Source of the DNA: an uncultured Candidatus Saccharibacteria bacterium
GTDB taxonomy: Bacteria > Patescibacteriota > Dojkabacteria > SC72
Reading direction: 5' to 3'
Assembly: GCA_964480345.1 (NCBI GenBank)
Contig: CAYZNW010000003.1
Location: forward strand, 45,493 to 109,492
DNA: 64,000 nt
Part shown: positions 38,698 to 48,809 of the stretch, one piece after another
Layout: the number at the start of each line of letters is the position of its first letter
Numbering within the stretch: the stretch's first letter is position 1
Notes under the pieces: generated by a model
What the model was told of the DNA's origin: nothing
The model's database searches: none
What the model saw: only the letters and a program-made list of their open reading frames with translations
Translations under genes and position numbers: made by a program

Positions 38698-41600
38698 CCC
38701 ACCAGAACGGTTGTTTTACTCCACTATTAAACCATTTACCGTGTCTCATAATCTGGTTCATTGTAGGTCCATCTACTGTATAGTCTAACTGTACTTGATT
38801 AATTATTGGAGATACATCTGTATCTGTGCTTGTTAATGTTGCTTTGTACTGGAAGAATCTGTAGCTACTTCCTAGAGTTATTAGTTCTGGAGATACGGTT
38901 GGTAGATACTCTTCACTTGTTATGTTATCTATCCATATATTTCTTCCTCCGTATGTATTGTCTACTCTCATTGTTAGAAGGTTGGCTCTATCTAAATGGG
39001 TGTCTAATGTTCTTCCTTTGATTGGTAAATACTCTTTCTGCCATTTAAATACATTTGCTTTGGTAGTAAAGCCACCTGTTGGGAATGTAGATATACTCTC
39101 CCAATTTCTAACTGTGATAGCTCCTGTGTCTTTGTTTACACTTGTTACTACTCCCTGTGCTATGTACTCTCCACTACTGTTTTGTTCTCTTACTATGATC
39201 TTCTCTCCTGTATATATGTTACTTCCTTTGCTCTTCATTCCTTTTACTGTTCCATCTATTGTAAAGGAGGTATCAGAGGATGATGTTATGAGGTTAGAGC
39301 TATCTAATCCTGCTCCAAACTCTATTTCAATGTTATGTGTTCTTAATCCTACTTCATATGCTTGTCTTATTTCATCTGCACTTCTTGCTATGTTGGAGAT
39401 TCTAACTTCGTCTATTTCTCCATTAAACATTTCGACATAATTAGTAAATCCAATATATGGTAAATTAGAATACCCACTCAATCTTAAATTATATGTTGTG
39501 ACAGGAGAACCGTATGCTGTTGAGTTTGATGCTTTGAGTTCACCATTTAGATATATCTTTAAACCAGAAGAGTCTCCTGTAGCTACTACATGATACCATT
39601 TGTTGAGTTCTACAAGGTTAATTGGAGTTAATAACACATTAGTTCCTCCTCTATCCAGAAATTCTAAAGCACCTGTTGTATTTAATCTGATACGGTACCC
39701 AGAGTTATCACCTTTGTTTATAAAATTAGCAACATCATTAAACTCCTTTGGTTTTATCCACGCCTCTAGGGTGATAGCAGATGGATTTAATGAGGTTGAA
39801 TCAGGTATGACAATATAATCTGAGGTACCATTGAAGTTCCTAGCTCCTCCTATTCGACCGTTATTGGTATATGTAGTTCCTATTGACATTCCGTTGTTAT
39901 TGTATCCTGAACTATCTTTGATATATGCTCCATTCCCATCTATTTCATCTAAGTGCCATAGACCTACTGTATTTGCATCTGGTTGATAGTTTGCATATGC
40001 ACTCTCTCCTACTGTTGTAGATATGTTCTCTCCTACTTTATCACTAGCTATATATACAGGGAGAGAAATTTTTGATGATAGATTCTGTGTTGGTAATAGA
40101 TAATTTGAATATATTGATTTAGGTGAAGAGTTACGATCTACACCTTGAGTGTATTCAGCTAATATTTCGGATGCTGATAAAGCTCTATTGTATATTTTAA
40201 CTTCATCTATTAATCCATTGAATCCTGCTTCTCCAGGTATTTGCTTACTAATATTTAACTCTGTATTAGTTAAATTAACAGTGACCGCATATGTACTAAC
40301 TGCACTTGTAGAGACCTGAGCTCCATTTTTGTAGCAATATATATTAGTACCATCGTAGGAAAAAGTGACATGATTCCATTGAGAAATATCAAGATAAATA
40401 AAACATTGGGCTCCATTCCATATACCCGCAGATATATTACCATCGACATTGTACACTAAATGAATATTACTTGGTTCATACCCTCCAAGGCCAAGAATCC
40501 ATTGTCTCATGGTTGGTGAAGCGTATGGCTTAAGCCATAAATCTACTGTATGTACTTTATCTCCTGTTCCTAATCCACTATTTGGAACTGTTATATAATC
40601 ATTAGTTCCATTAAAACTTCTGCTTTTTCCTACTCGCCCATCTACTATTGTTGTTCCGGTAGCAGTACCTACCCTATCTCCTACCTTATCTGCAACTGTA
40701 GTGCCTGATAGCTCATCCATATCCCAATAGGAGATTAATCCTGTATTCTTTTTTTCAAAGATTGTTTTTAGAGAAGAGTATTCTTCAAAAATCTCTTGAG
40801 TGGAAAGTGTACGATTATATATTTTTGGTTCGTCTAATTGTCCGTTGAAAAACCCCGCTGATGCTATATTTGATCCTAGATAGGTATCTTTATCAGGTCC
40901 TAATGTAAATGTAGATGCAAATTCATTTTCAAGTACACCATCTATATATAATCGAGTCTTAGTTCCATCATTTGTTCCTGTTATTAAATGCCAATTACCA
41001 TCATTTATAGAGGATTTGCTTTCATGGGTAGCTGAGTTGTTACCAGATGTGTTATCAAAATCTATTAACACTTTACCAGTTGAAGAAAATGCGTTTATAT
41101 ATAGGAATAGTCCTCTTGATTGGAATAACATTGAATTTGATGTTGTAGTAGTTTTTACCCAAATACTAGCACTCATAGAAGTGAAAGAAGAAAAATCTAT
41201 TAATGGGACTTGTACATAATCGCTAGTCCCATTGAAGCTTCTACTATTATTTGCCTTACCTTGTGCTATTGTAGTTCCTGTAGCAGTTCCGTTATATGTA
41301 CCTACACTATCTTTAACTACACTTCCACTATTCTCATCCATCTTCCAATATGATACTAATCCATCATTTACAGTAGTCCCTATTCTATTTGATTTATATG
41401 GAAGTTCTTGATTATATAACCTCTCTATTTCATCAGATGTTTTAGCTGCGTTGTATATACGTACATCATCAACAATACCATTAAAACCTTTCCACCTATT
41501 AATGATAATATCGCCACTTGCTTGTCTTATTCCCATGTTACTATATGGTATGCTACTAACTTCTTTCCCATTAACATATAATCTAATAACACTATTTGGA

Positions 41601-44600
41601 CTATCTATTACTCCTACAACATGATACCAAGAATCCTCAGCTATTATCCCCACAGGGCTATTAAGTACAGTACTAGCTACTCCTATGTTATCTACCGATG
41701 TTGATATAAAGCTAATATATTTACCAACTGTATTTATTACTAACATGTATTGTCTATCGGAGCAATTTGTCTCACTACAATCAGCTGCTCCTGTATTTTT
41801 ATTTATCAAATCCATCCAAGTACCACTAAGCGTAGAGGTTTTGAACCATGTTGCTACTGAGAGTTGACTACCACTACCATTAATATCTAAATCTGGAGTA
41901 TTTGGTAATGTTATGTAATCAGTACTTCCATTAAAACTCCTAGCTTTATCATACTTACCATCTACTATTGTTGTTCCTGTTGCACTACCATTACTACTCC
42001 CTACGCTGTCTTTTACTTCGCTACCACTTAATTCATCCATCTTCCAATGAGATACTAAACTATCATCTAATGTACTAGTATTATCTGCAGTCATATTACT
42101 ACTACTTTGTGTAAGAGTAGATCTTTTCTCTATACCTTCTAAATAGTCTGATTGAATTCTATCTGCTGCAAGAGCTTTATTGTATAATTTTACTTCGTCG
42201 ATTATACCTGACAGGGTTCCATTAGGATATGTGTTATCACCCGCTATGAACAAATCTCCACTTCCCTGCCTAATTCCACTACTGCTATATGCTGTAGAAG
42301 CCATTAGTGCTCCATTAAGATAGATACGCATATATCCGTTAGTGCTATCAATTGTACCAACAATATGATACCAAGTGTTTGGATTTATATATCCCCATCC
42401 AACATCTGTTTGTCCTACTCCTATGTTATCTACTGCCGTTGAAGAGAAAACTAAAGTACCACTCTGATTAAGAAACATAGCATATTGCCTATTCACTCCA
42501 CTGTCTGGATTTGTATCAGCCTTATAAAGTAGTGTATGCCAATTCCTTTGTGACATATCAGAAATATTCATCCAGAAACTAACAGTAATTTTACTACCAG
42601 CTCCATTAATATCTAAAGAGCTACTGTTTGGTATTCTTACAACACCAGTATTTCCATTGAAGCTTCTAGCTTTTGCATATTTTCCATCTACTATCCCTGT
42701 TCCAGTAGCTGTACCGTTATTACCTGTTCCTGATATATCACTGACAGTTGTTCCACTCTCTTCATTCATACTCCAATACCCAACTAATCCATCTTCTTTA
42801 TTATTGTATAAGCTACTATTATCAAAAGATCTTAATGTACTCTTTGCTGTATTTTCTTTCCACTCACTCCATGTACCATCATTAGGGTTGTTACTATTTC
42901 CACCTCTAATATGAAATCTAGTATTTCCCGAGTTATAGTTTGAAAGAACTTCTGAGGAAGTAAGAGATCTACTGTAGATTCGAACAGAATCCATCAATCC
43001 TTTATAGTTATTCCCTCCTGCATTTGTAAGCCTTCCCATCTCTAAATTTGTACTGTTAGAAACACTATTTATAGGTCCTGCATTTATCACATCTGCTAGT
43101 CGACCATCAAGATATAATGATAATATTGTAGAGGATTTTGTGGCTACCACATGATGCCATTGATCGTCTACAACAATAAAGTTTGAAGAGCCAATATTTT
43201 TTGTTCCTCCGCTATCGTGAACTTCAAACAATATCTTTCCTTTAGGTTCACCATTAATAGAGATAACACTTAAATTGTAACCAATTCTAGTTGGAGAAAA
43301 AACTTGTTTACTAATTAATGTCGGAAAGGATTCTGCAATAGCATAATCTGCTTTGAACCATACTTCCAAACTAAAGTCTCCTGTACTAAAATCACCTACT
43401 GTACTGTTAGATGCTGTTACATAATCATCAACTCCATCAAACATTAATCCTCCACCTCCCCATCTCCTGTTGTTGTATGTCCAACCACTACCTATAACCT
43501 TATCTTGTCCTGTCGTATCAGAAAAATTAGTTAGAGTTCCATTACAACCACTACCACAACTACCTCCACTACTTGCTACTGTTCCACTACTCTCATTGAA
43601 ATTCCACTGAGCTACTAAGCCAGTAGTGCTATACGGTACCTCCCCATCTCCTGTATTTATACCTGATACAGTAGAAGATACATTTACTTTTGATACACTT
43701 GATCCTGAATCAAATACTGTAGATTCATACTCTCCTGAATATCTCTCTTTACCATACAAATATGTCTTATATATCTCATCTGCACTTCTAGCTATATTGG
43801 ATAAACGTACCTCATCTACTAACCCATTAAAGCCTACTTCGCTCCCTGGTCCTTTACCAATATTTAACTCTGTATTAGCTAAATTGACAGGAACTCCAAC
43901 AGTAGGAGCATTACTAGATACCTGTACTCCATTCTTATAGCAATACATATTAGTTCCGTTGTAGGTGAAAGCTATATGATTCCACTGAGAAATATCAAGG
44001 CGAATAGGACATTGTGAACCACTCCATATACCAGCATAAATATTCCCATCAGTACCATATATGAGATGTATATTACCTTGGTCATATCCTCCCATCACAA
44101 GAAGCCATTGTCTTATTGTTGGTAGAGTATATGGTTTAATCCATAAATCTATTGTATGTGTCTTATCTCCTGTTCCTAATCCACTATTTGGAACTGTTAT
44201 ATAATCATTCTCTCCATCAAATTCGTATCCTTTCCCTATCTTCCCATCTACACCAATTGGTGATATATCTAACAACTTAATTGATGTGAAAAAAGTAACT
44301 TCAGCTACAATAATATTATTAGTTGTAGGAGTGAAATTAACCCAAGTAGCATTGTTATTATATTGCCAACTACTTCCACTATATTTAACAGCAACAAAAT
44401 GATTACTGTTATTTGCTTCTAATCCAGTTATACCTTGAGCTGAAAGAGATGGAGAATACATGATATATCCACTACCTGCTTCAGCATCTGTAACAGCTAT
44501 TCCAGAGTTGATAGTAGGAGTGATTATCCTAATCCCATTCCGATCTATAAAATAGCAATTAGCATCACCATATGTACACTCAATATCTATCTCTCCAGCA

Positions 44601-46678
44601 TTATCAACTCCTCCATAACGATTTAATTTAAAAGTAAGATTAGAGCTTTGTATGCCATAGCTCATACCATTTAAAGAAGTTGCAATATGGTTATTATTAG
44701 TAGAACTGTCGGCTGCTGGTGTTAATGCTGGTATTCTGTATCTAACAATAACTATTCCCGATCCACCGTTTCCGCCTGCAAGGTATGCTCCTGTAAATGA
44801 ACCCCCACCCCCTCCTCCACCTGTATTCGCTATACCATTAGTACCTGCACCATTTAGAACTCCACTTCCTCCACCTCCATTTCCACCAGTACCAACATAA
44901 GAGCCATTAACTTCTCCACCACCTCCACCTCCTGCATATACAACTGCAGTTCCTGTAATATCGCTAACTCTTCCAGCACCACCATTACCTGATCCTGAAC
45001 TGTTTCCTCCGTCTGCTCCCACACCACCTGCACCTCCACCTCCTCCATTTGTTCCTACCCATCCTGAAACTATGTATCCAGCACCTCCGTTATATCCTTG
45101 GGAACCAATTCCTCCTGTTGATAAAGGAGCGGATACAACAACAGCACCACCACCACCACTACCTCCACTTCCACCTGCAAGTTGCCCATGAGTTATTCCG
45201 GCACCCCCTCCTTCAGCAATCAGAGATGAGAAGGCCGAATCTTGTCCTTTATTACCATTATATGCACCTCCGTCTGCTCCTCCATTACCTCCATTCCCTA
45301 CAGTGACTGCAATATTCCCTTTAGATACAGTAAAAGAAGATTGCTCTACAAAACCTCCTGCTCCTCCTCCAGAACCAGTATTTGCACCACCCCCTCCTCC
45401 TCCTATAACTAACACATCCACTTTCCCATCTGTATGTGCTGTAAAAGTTCCACTAGAAGTAAAAGTATGAATCACATAATCACCAACCCTTGTTACTGTT
45501 CCACCACTTGCTGAAAAATATGGAAGATCTCCAAAACTCCAATGCCCCACAGTATTAGAATCCACAACAGGCTTCTCCACACCTAATAACTCTACCCCAC
45601 TCACACTAGATACATAATCTGAACTTATATATGTACCACTATCAAAATCTACCTTACTGTTATGAACAATACTAGGATCTATTCTAATTGGAAAAACCCT
45701 ATCATTCGAATACAACCAATCGGAATCTAAAACTAACCTTATCTCATACCTACCTCCATCAATATGACTAATATTAAACTCCACATCATACGTCTTACTA
45801 TTAACTCCATCCACTGCAAAACTAGGAAGAAAATGACTAACATAATTACCATACCTATCCTCAAAATAGTAAACCTCCCTACTACCCTCACCTACATTAA
45901 ACCAACCCTTCTTTAACATTAACCCTTCTTCAACACTCAAATCAAAAACATACTCATTAGCAGGTAGAGAACAATCCTGTACATCCTCACAATCTTTAAT
46001 ATATGAATCTAAATTACGAATAATTATCTCCTCCTTAAGACCTATTCCCTCTATGATCTGATACTCTAAATCTATACCTTTTGATATTTCCTTATTTACT
46101 ACTGTCTTCTTAGTAATACTATCTTTCTCTTCTTCTCCAAACACTCTTCCCAAATCAACTAATTCTGTATTACTCTTAATATCTCTGTTACCCATTATCT
46201 CTGATACCTCTTTCAACTTCTCTTCATCTTTATCATTTAATTTCTCTAAATCGCTAACCTTAACCCCCTTTATTGACATCTCTATACCGTAGCTTTTAAT
46301 AGGTCTGAAGAAATTCTTAACCTTATCCCAAAACCCTCTTGTATTTTCTTCAAAAGGATTCCTCTTACTAATATCTGATTCAAACCTAACCCACTGAACA
46401 TCAGGTTGATCTCTTTTACCAAAATCTACTGAAAATTTAGGATTCTTGTTCCCATAAATAGTATGACTATTTGTACTTTGCAAAAATATATCAGAGTTAG
46501 GTTTTACACTACTAATATAGTAGATGAGGAATGACAGAAGAATAGCTATTCCAATAACAATACCAAATATAAATGATTTCTTACCTTTTAAGTTCTTCCA
46601 ATTAAATCTTCTTTTACTGTTGTTGAGATGTTTTAGGACAGATTTCATCATCATAAATATTAACATAGTAGAATACAT
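38690..46678 (-). CDS. giant (2662 aa) membrane-anchored surface protein with a Gly-rich segment and at least 8 LamG/Concanavalin-A-like lectin modules
   Basis: It has an N-terminal TM helix and a ~220-aa GGxGG-rich region. Units of 'W.MDE.SG...NG.ATG......GK...SFNG..DY' ending 'DEVRIYN.ALS..EI' recur throughout. Confidence 0.8.
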   Translation of the reverse strand: MYSTMLIFMMMKSVLKHLNNSKRRFNWKNLKGKKSFIFGIVIGIAILLSFLIYYISSVKPNSDIFLQSTNSHTIYGNKNPKFSVDFGKRDQPDVQWVRFESDISKRNPFEENTRGFWDKVKNFFRPIKSYGIEMSIKGVKVSDLEKLNDKDEEKLKEVSEIMGNRDIKSNTELVDLGRVFGEEEKDSITKKTVVNKEISKGIDLEYQIIEGIGLKEEIIIRNLDSYIKDCEDVQDCSLPANEYVFDLSVEEGLMLKKGWFNVGEGSREVYYFEDRYGNYVSHFLPSFAVDGVNSKTYDVEFNISHIDGGRYEIRLVLDSDWLYSNDRVFPIRIDPSIVHNSKVDFDSGTYISSDYVSSVSGVELLGVEKPVVDSNTVGHWSFGDLPYFSASGGTVTRVGDYVIHTFTSSGTFTAHTDGKVDVLVIGGGGGGANTGSGGGAGGFVEQSSFTVSKGNIAVTVGNGGNGGADGGAYNGNKGQDSAFSSLIAEGGGAGITHGQLAGGSGGSGGGGAVVVSAPLSTGGIGSQGYNGGAGYIVSGWVGTNGGGGGAGGVGADGGNSSGSGNGGAGRVSDITGTAVVYAGGGGGGEVNGSYVGTGGNGGGGSGVLNGAGTNGIANTGGGGGGGSFTGAYLAGGNGGSGIVIVRYRIPALTPAADSSTNNNHIATSLNGMSYGIQSSNLTFKLNRYGGVDNAGEIDIECTYGDANCYFIDRNGIRIITPTINSGIAVTDAEAGSGYIMYSPSLSAQGITGLEANNSNHFVAVKYSGSSWQYNNNATWVNFTPTTNNIIVAEVTFFTSIKLLDISPIGVDGKIGKGYEFDGENDYITVPNSGLGTGDKTHTIDLWIKPYTLPTIRQWLLVMGGYDQGNIHLIYGTDGNIYAGIWSGSQCPIRLDISQWNHIAFTYNGTNMYCYKNGVQVSSNAPTVGVPVNLANTELNIGKGPGSEVGFNGLVDEVRLSNIARSADEIYKTYLYGKERYSGEYESTVFDSGSSVSKVNVSSTVSGINTGDGEVPYSTTGLVAQWNFNESSGTVASSGGSCGSGCNGTLTNFSDTTGQDKVIGSGWTYNNRRWGGGGLMFDGVDDYVTASNSTVGDFSTGDFSLEVWFKADYAIAESFPTLISKQVFSPTRIGYNLSVISINGEPKGKILFEVHDSGGTKNIGSSNFIVVDDQWHHVVATKSSTILSLYLDGRLADVINAGPINSVSNSTNLEMGRLTNAGGNNYKGLMDSVRIYSRSLTSSEVLSNYNSGNTRFHIRGGNSNNPNDGTWSEWKENTAKSTLRSFDNSSLYNNKEDGLVGYWSMNEESGTTVSDISGTGNNGTATGTGIVDGKYAKARSFNGNTGVVRIPNSSSLDINGAGSKITVSFWMNISDMSQRNWHTLLYKADTNPDSGVNRQYAMFLNQSGTLVFSSTAVDNIGVGQTDVGWGYINPNTWYHIVGTIDSTNGYMRIYLNGALMASTAYSSSGIRQGSGDLFIAGDNTYPNGTLSGIIDEVKLYNKALAADRIQSDYLEGIEKRSTLTQSSSNMTADNTSTLDDSLVSHWKMDELSGSEVKDSVGSSNGSATGTTIVDGKYDKARSFNGSTDYITLPNTPDLDINGSGSQLSVATWFKTSTLSGTWMDLINKNTGAADCSETNCSDRQYMLVINTVGKYISFISTSVDNIGVASTVLNSPVGIIAEDSWYHVVGVIDSPNSVIRLYVNGKEVSSIPYSNMGIRQASGDIIINRWKGFNGIVDDVRIYNAAKTSDEIERLYNQELPYKSNRIGTTVNDGLVSYWKMDENSGSVVKDSVGTYNGTATGTTIAQGKANNSRSFNGTSDYVQVPLIDFSSFTSMSASIWVKTTTTSNSMLFQSRGLFLYINAFSSTGKVLIDFDNTSGNNSATHESKSSINDGNWHLITGTNDGTKTRLYIDGVLENEFASTFTLGPDKDTYLGSNIASAGFFNGQLDEPKIYNRTLSTQEIFEEYSSLKTIFEKKNTGLISYWDMDELSGTTVADKVGDRVGTATGTTIVDGRVGKSRSFNGTNDYITVPNSGLGTGDKVHTVDLWLKPYASPTMRQWILGLGGYEPSNIHLVYNVDGNISAGIWNGAQCFIYLDISQWNHVTFSYDGTNIYCYKNGAQVSTSAVSTYAVTVNLTNTELNISKQIPGEAGFNGLIDEVKIYNRALSASEILAEYTQGVDRNSSPKSIYSNYLLPTQNLSSKISLPVYIASDKVGENISTTVGESAYANYQPDANTVGLWHLDEIDGNGAYIKDSSGYNNNGMSIGTTYTNNGRIGGARNFNGTSDYIVIPDSTSLNPSAITLEAWIKPKEFNDVANFINKGDNSGYRIRLNTTGALEFLDRGGTNVLLTPINLVELNKWYHVVATGDSSGLKIYLNGELKASNSTAYGSPVTTYNLRLSGYSNLPYIGFTNYVEMFNGEIDEVRISNIARSADEIRQAYEVGLRTHNIEIEFGAGLDSSNLITSSSDTSFTIDGTVKGMKSKGSNIYTGEKIIVREQNSSGEYIAQGVVTSVNKDTGAITVRNWESISTFPTGGFTTKANVFKWQKEYLPIKGRTLDTHLDRANLLTMRVDNTYGGRNIWIDNITSEEYLPTVSPELITLGSSYRFFQYKATLTSTDTDVSPIINQVQLDYTVDGPTMNQIMRHGKWFNSGVKQPFWWAK
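40250..40630. repeat. intragenic DNA repeat, copy 2 (paralogous to 43850-44230)
   Basis: About 70 nt is near-identical (40551-40618 vs 44151-44215) within ~380 nt of 75-95% similarity. It encodes duplicated LamG modules. Confidence 0.6.
43850..44230. repeat. intragenic DNA repeat, copy 1
   Basis: See copy 2. Confidence 0.6.
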
Positions 46679-46742
46679 ATGTCATATTGTTGAGAATCAC
46701 TTGAAATATTGATACAAGTAAGATAATCTAAAATGTAGAAAG

Positions 46743-47510
46743 ATGAAAACTGCCAAAAAACACATATACTCTTACAGAGGAAAATATGAAGGATACACCC
46801 TAATAGAAATGCTAGTAGTAATGGCCATATTCGTCATCTTCGTAGCTATGTCTTTCTCTTCTTTCAGTGGATTACAGAATACAATTAAGATGAACGAGTA
46901 CTCATTAACGCTGGAACAAAATATTACCAATGTACAAAGAGCATCTATGTTGTTGGAGAAGAAAGCAGATGACAATTGGCTATACGGATTAGGAATAGAT
47001 CTAACTAAATTAAACCTAGAGGGTCATTACGATACATTTAAATGGTGTTCTCCTTTTACAGATTATGGAGATGTAACAACTAAATCATATATACCTTCTT
47101 TTAATCCAGCTCTAGATCTAGAATCTAGCTTAAACTTTGGCAAGAATGGATATATTCCTATCCCTACAGAAGCATCATATGCAGAAGGAACTTGCAAAAA
47201 TAGTACTTTATCCTCCATTGTTAGTTTAGTGGGATACAAAACAAGTTTAACTCCTCCAAAAGGTAAAATAACCACAAACAGCAATCCATTTAACAATAGA
47301 CCACTAAAATATCTTGTATTTGAGTCTGTTTCTGGAAGAGCATTCTTCTATGATGAAACAGGGAGAGTTGTCAATTACGATGCTAAAGGAAGACCCGTAA
47401 CAGGTCAACCTATCAACTTAGTTATTACCATAGATCCTGATACAAATATACCAATTAAGGAGATAGTTGTTGAGAATCTCTCTGGTCGTATATCAACTAT
47501 AAAGAAATAG
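46743..47510 (+). CDS. minor type IV pilin / pseudopilin
   Basis: Prepilin motif 'G|YTLIEMLVVMAIFVI'. Confidence 0.7.
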   Translation: MKTAKKHIYSYRGKYEGYTLIEMLVVMAIFVIFVAMSFSSFSGLQNTIKMNEYSLTLEQNITNVQRASMLLEKKADDNWLYGLGIDLTKLNLEGHYDTFKWCSPFTDYGDVTTKSYIPSFNPALDLESSLNFGKNGYIPIPTEASYAEGTCKNSTLSSIVSLVGYKTSLTPPKGKITTNSNPFNNRPLKYLVFESVSGRAFFYDETGRVVNYDAKGRPVTGQPINLVITIDPDTNIPIKEIVVENLSGRISTIKK

Positions 47511-47514
47511 TTTT

Positions 47515-48069
47515 ATGAAAATGAAAATAGAGACAAGTAAATATGAAGCAATGGGATTTGTTGAAGCTCTTGTAGCTATCATGGTAGTTGGTATATCAGC
47601 TGTAGTTCTAATGGAGATAGCTGCTAACACAATGCAAAATATGATACAGAATGAAAGAGTTGATCAAGTTACTCAGTACGCTGTAGAGGGGGCTGTAATG
47701 GCTCAGGTAATAGCTAGTAAAAACAAAGAAGCTGGAGGAGGGCTGTTTCCTACTGAGACAGGAGTAGAAAGATGTTATGCTATGGAGAAACTTCCTGATG
47801 GTGGATATGGGTTTGTAAAAGATGGAGAAAATGGATTTATAAGATTTTTAAATACTGACAGAAACCTATACAAAGAACAGGCTACTGTATACGATGAGAA
47901 AGGAGAAAAAACTGAATACTTTAGAATACTGTGTATTAACTTCCCTGCAGAATCAGATTACTCCTTCTTAATTGGACGAGTAGTTGTTGGACAAAGCACC
48001 TCTTCTGGAACTATAAGCAAGGGGAATCAGGTTAAAGATTACTCATATTATACCTCTATAAAATTGTAG
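47515..48069 (+). CDS. minor type IV pilin / pseudopilin
   Basis: 'G|FVEALVAIMVVGI'. Confidence 0.65.
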   Translation: MKMKIETSKYEAMGFVEALVAIMVVGISAVVLMEIAANTMQNMIQNERVDQVTQYAVEGAVMAQVIASKNKEAGGGLFPTETGVERCYAMEKLPDGGYGFVKDGENGFIRFLNTDRNLYKEQATVYDEKGEKTEYFRILCINFPAESDYSFLIGRVVVGQSTSSGTISKGNQVKDYSYYTSIKL

Positions 48070-48071
48070 AT

Positions 48072-48782
48072 ATGAAAGAAACAAATATTGAAGAACAAAA
48101 ATATGAAGCATTTAGTTTAGTAGAAATGTTATTAACTATTGTCATCATTGGGTTTGTAATGCTCATATCTGCTGTTACATTAACTACTTTAATTAAAGTC
48201 TCTACAGTCTCTAGTAATAAAACTAGAGTAAGAAATGAATCAGAGTATATATTGGAGTTAATTCGAAAAACAGTAAGAAACTCTAATCCATCAGATGTAT
48301 TTATTTTTAATTCACAAAATGCAAGAGTGTATGCGAGAAACAGTACTACTAATTCGATTACTATAGAAAGTACTGGAAGAGAAGATTTGAAAGCACTTTA
48401 CTCCTCACCTCTTGGAGAAAACGAGGTAGGGAATGAAATTCATTTTAGACCGTACGGCTACAATAGTTGGGTTTGTATAGGATTTTTCAAAGATAGGGAT
48501 TCGGAGAAAGGATATATAGTTAAAACAAATGTGGAAGATTTACTTAATAATCATGATTCATGTTTCCAAAGTGCACCTGGCAAATTCTTGATATCTTTAA
48601 ACTCAGACTATGTATCTGTGGATACTTTCTCTATAGCATATTCTAAAAGTTCAGATAACAATTATCTAATTCGTTTTGATATAGAAGCACAACCAGTTTT
48701 CTGGTATTTTGCTACTGGCGCTCCAGTTAGTAGGAAAGTTTTAAGACAGACAGTTGTGAAGACTGAAGGTTTGATATGGTAG
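48072..48782 (+). CDS. minor type IV pilin / pseudopilin
   Basis: 'A|FSLVEMLLTIVIIG'. Confidence 0.65.
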   Translation: MKETNIEEQKYEAFSLVEMLLTIVIIGFVMLISAVTLTTLIKVSTVSSNKTRVRNESEYILELIRKTVRNSNPSDVFIFNSQNARVYARNSTTNSITIESTGREDLKALYSSPLGENEVGNEIHFRPYGYNSWVCIGFFKDRDSEKGYIVKTNVEDLLNNHDSCFQSAPGKFLISLNSDYVSVDTFSIAYSKSSDNNYLIRFDIEAQPVFWYFATGAPVSRKVLRQTVVKTEGLIW

Positions 48783-48809
48783 TTACTATATGTTATCTTT
48801 ACTGTATAT

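Noticed and set aside
38806-45306. Many antisense ORFs (60-170 aa) inside the giant gene, including His-rich ones at 44854-45306
   Set aside because: They are out-of-frame mirror images of the Gly-rich and LamG coding sequence. They have no RBS and a low-complexity composition, and are entirely contained in a strongly supported 8 kb CDS.
44760-45420. Repetitive GGN-rich DNA that superficially resembles a repeat array
   Set aside because: It is in-frame coding sequence for the Gly-rich protein segment. It lacks the regular spacer-repeat periodicity of CRISPR.
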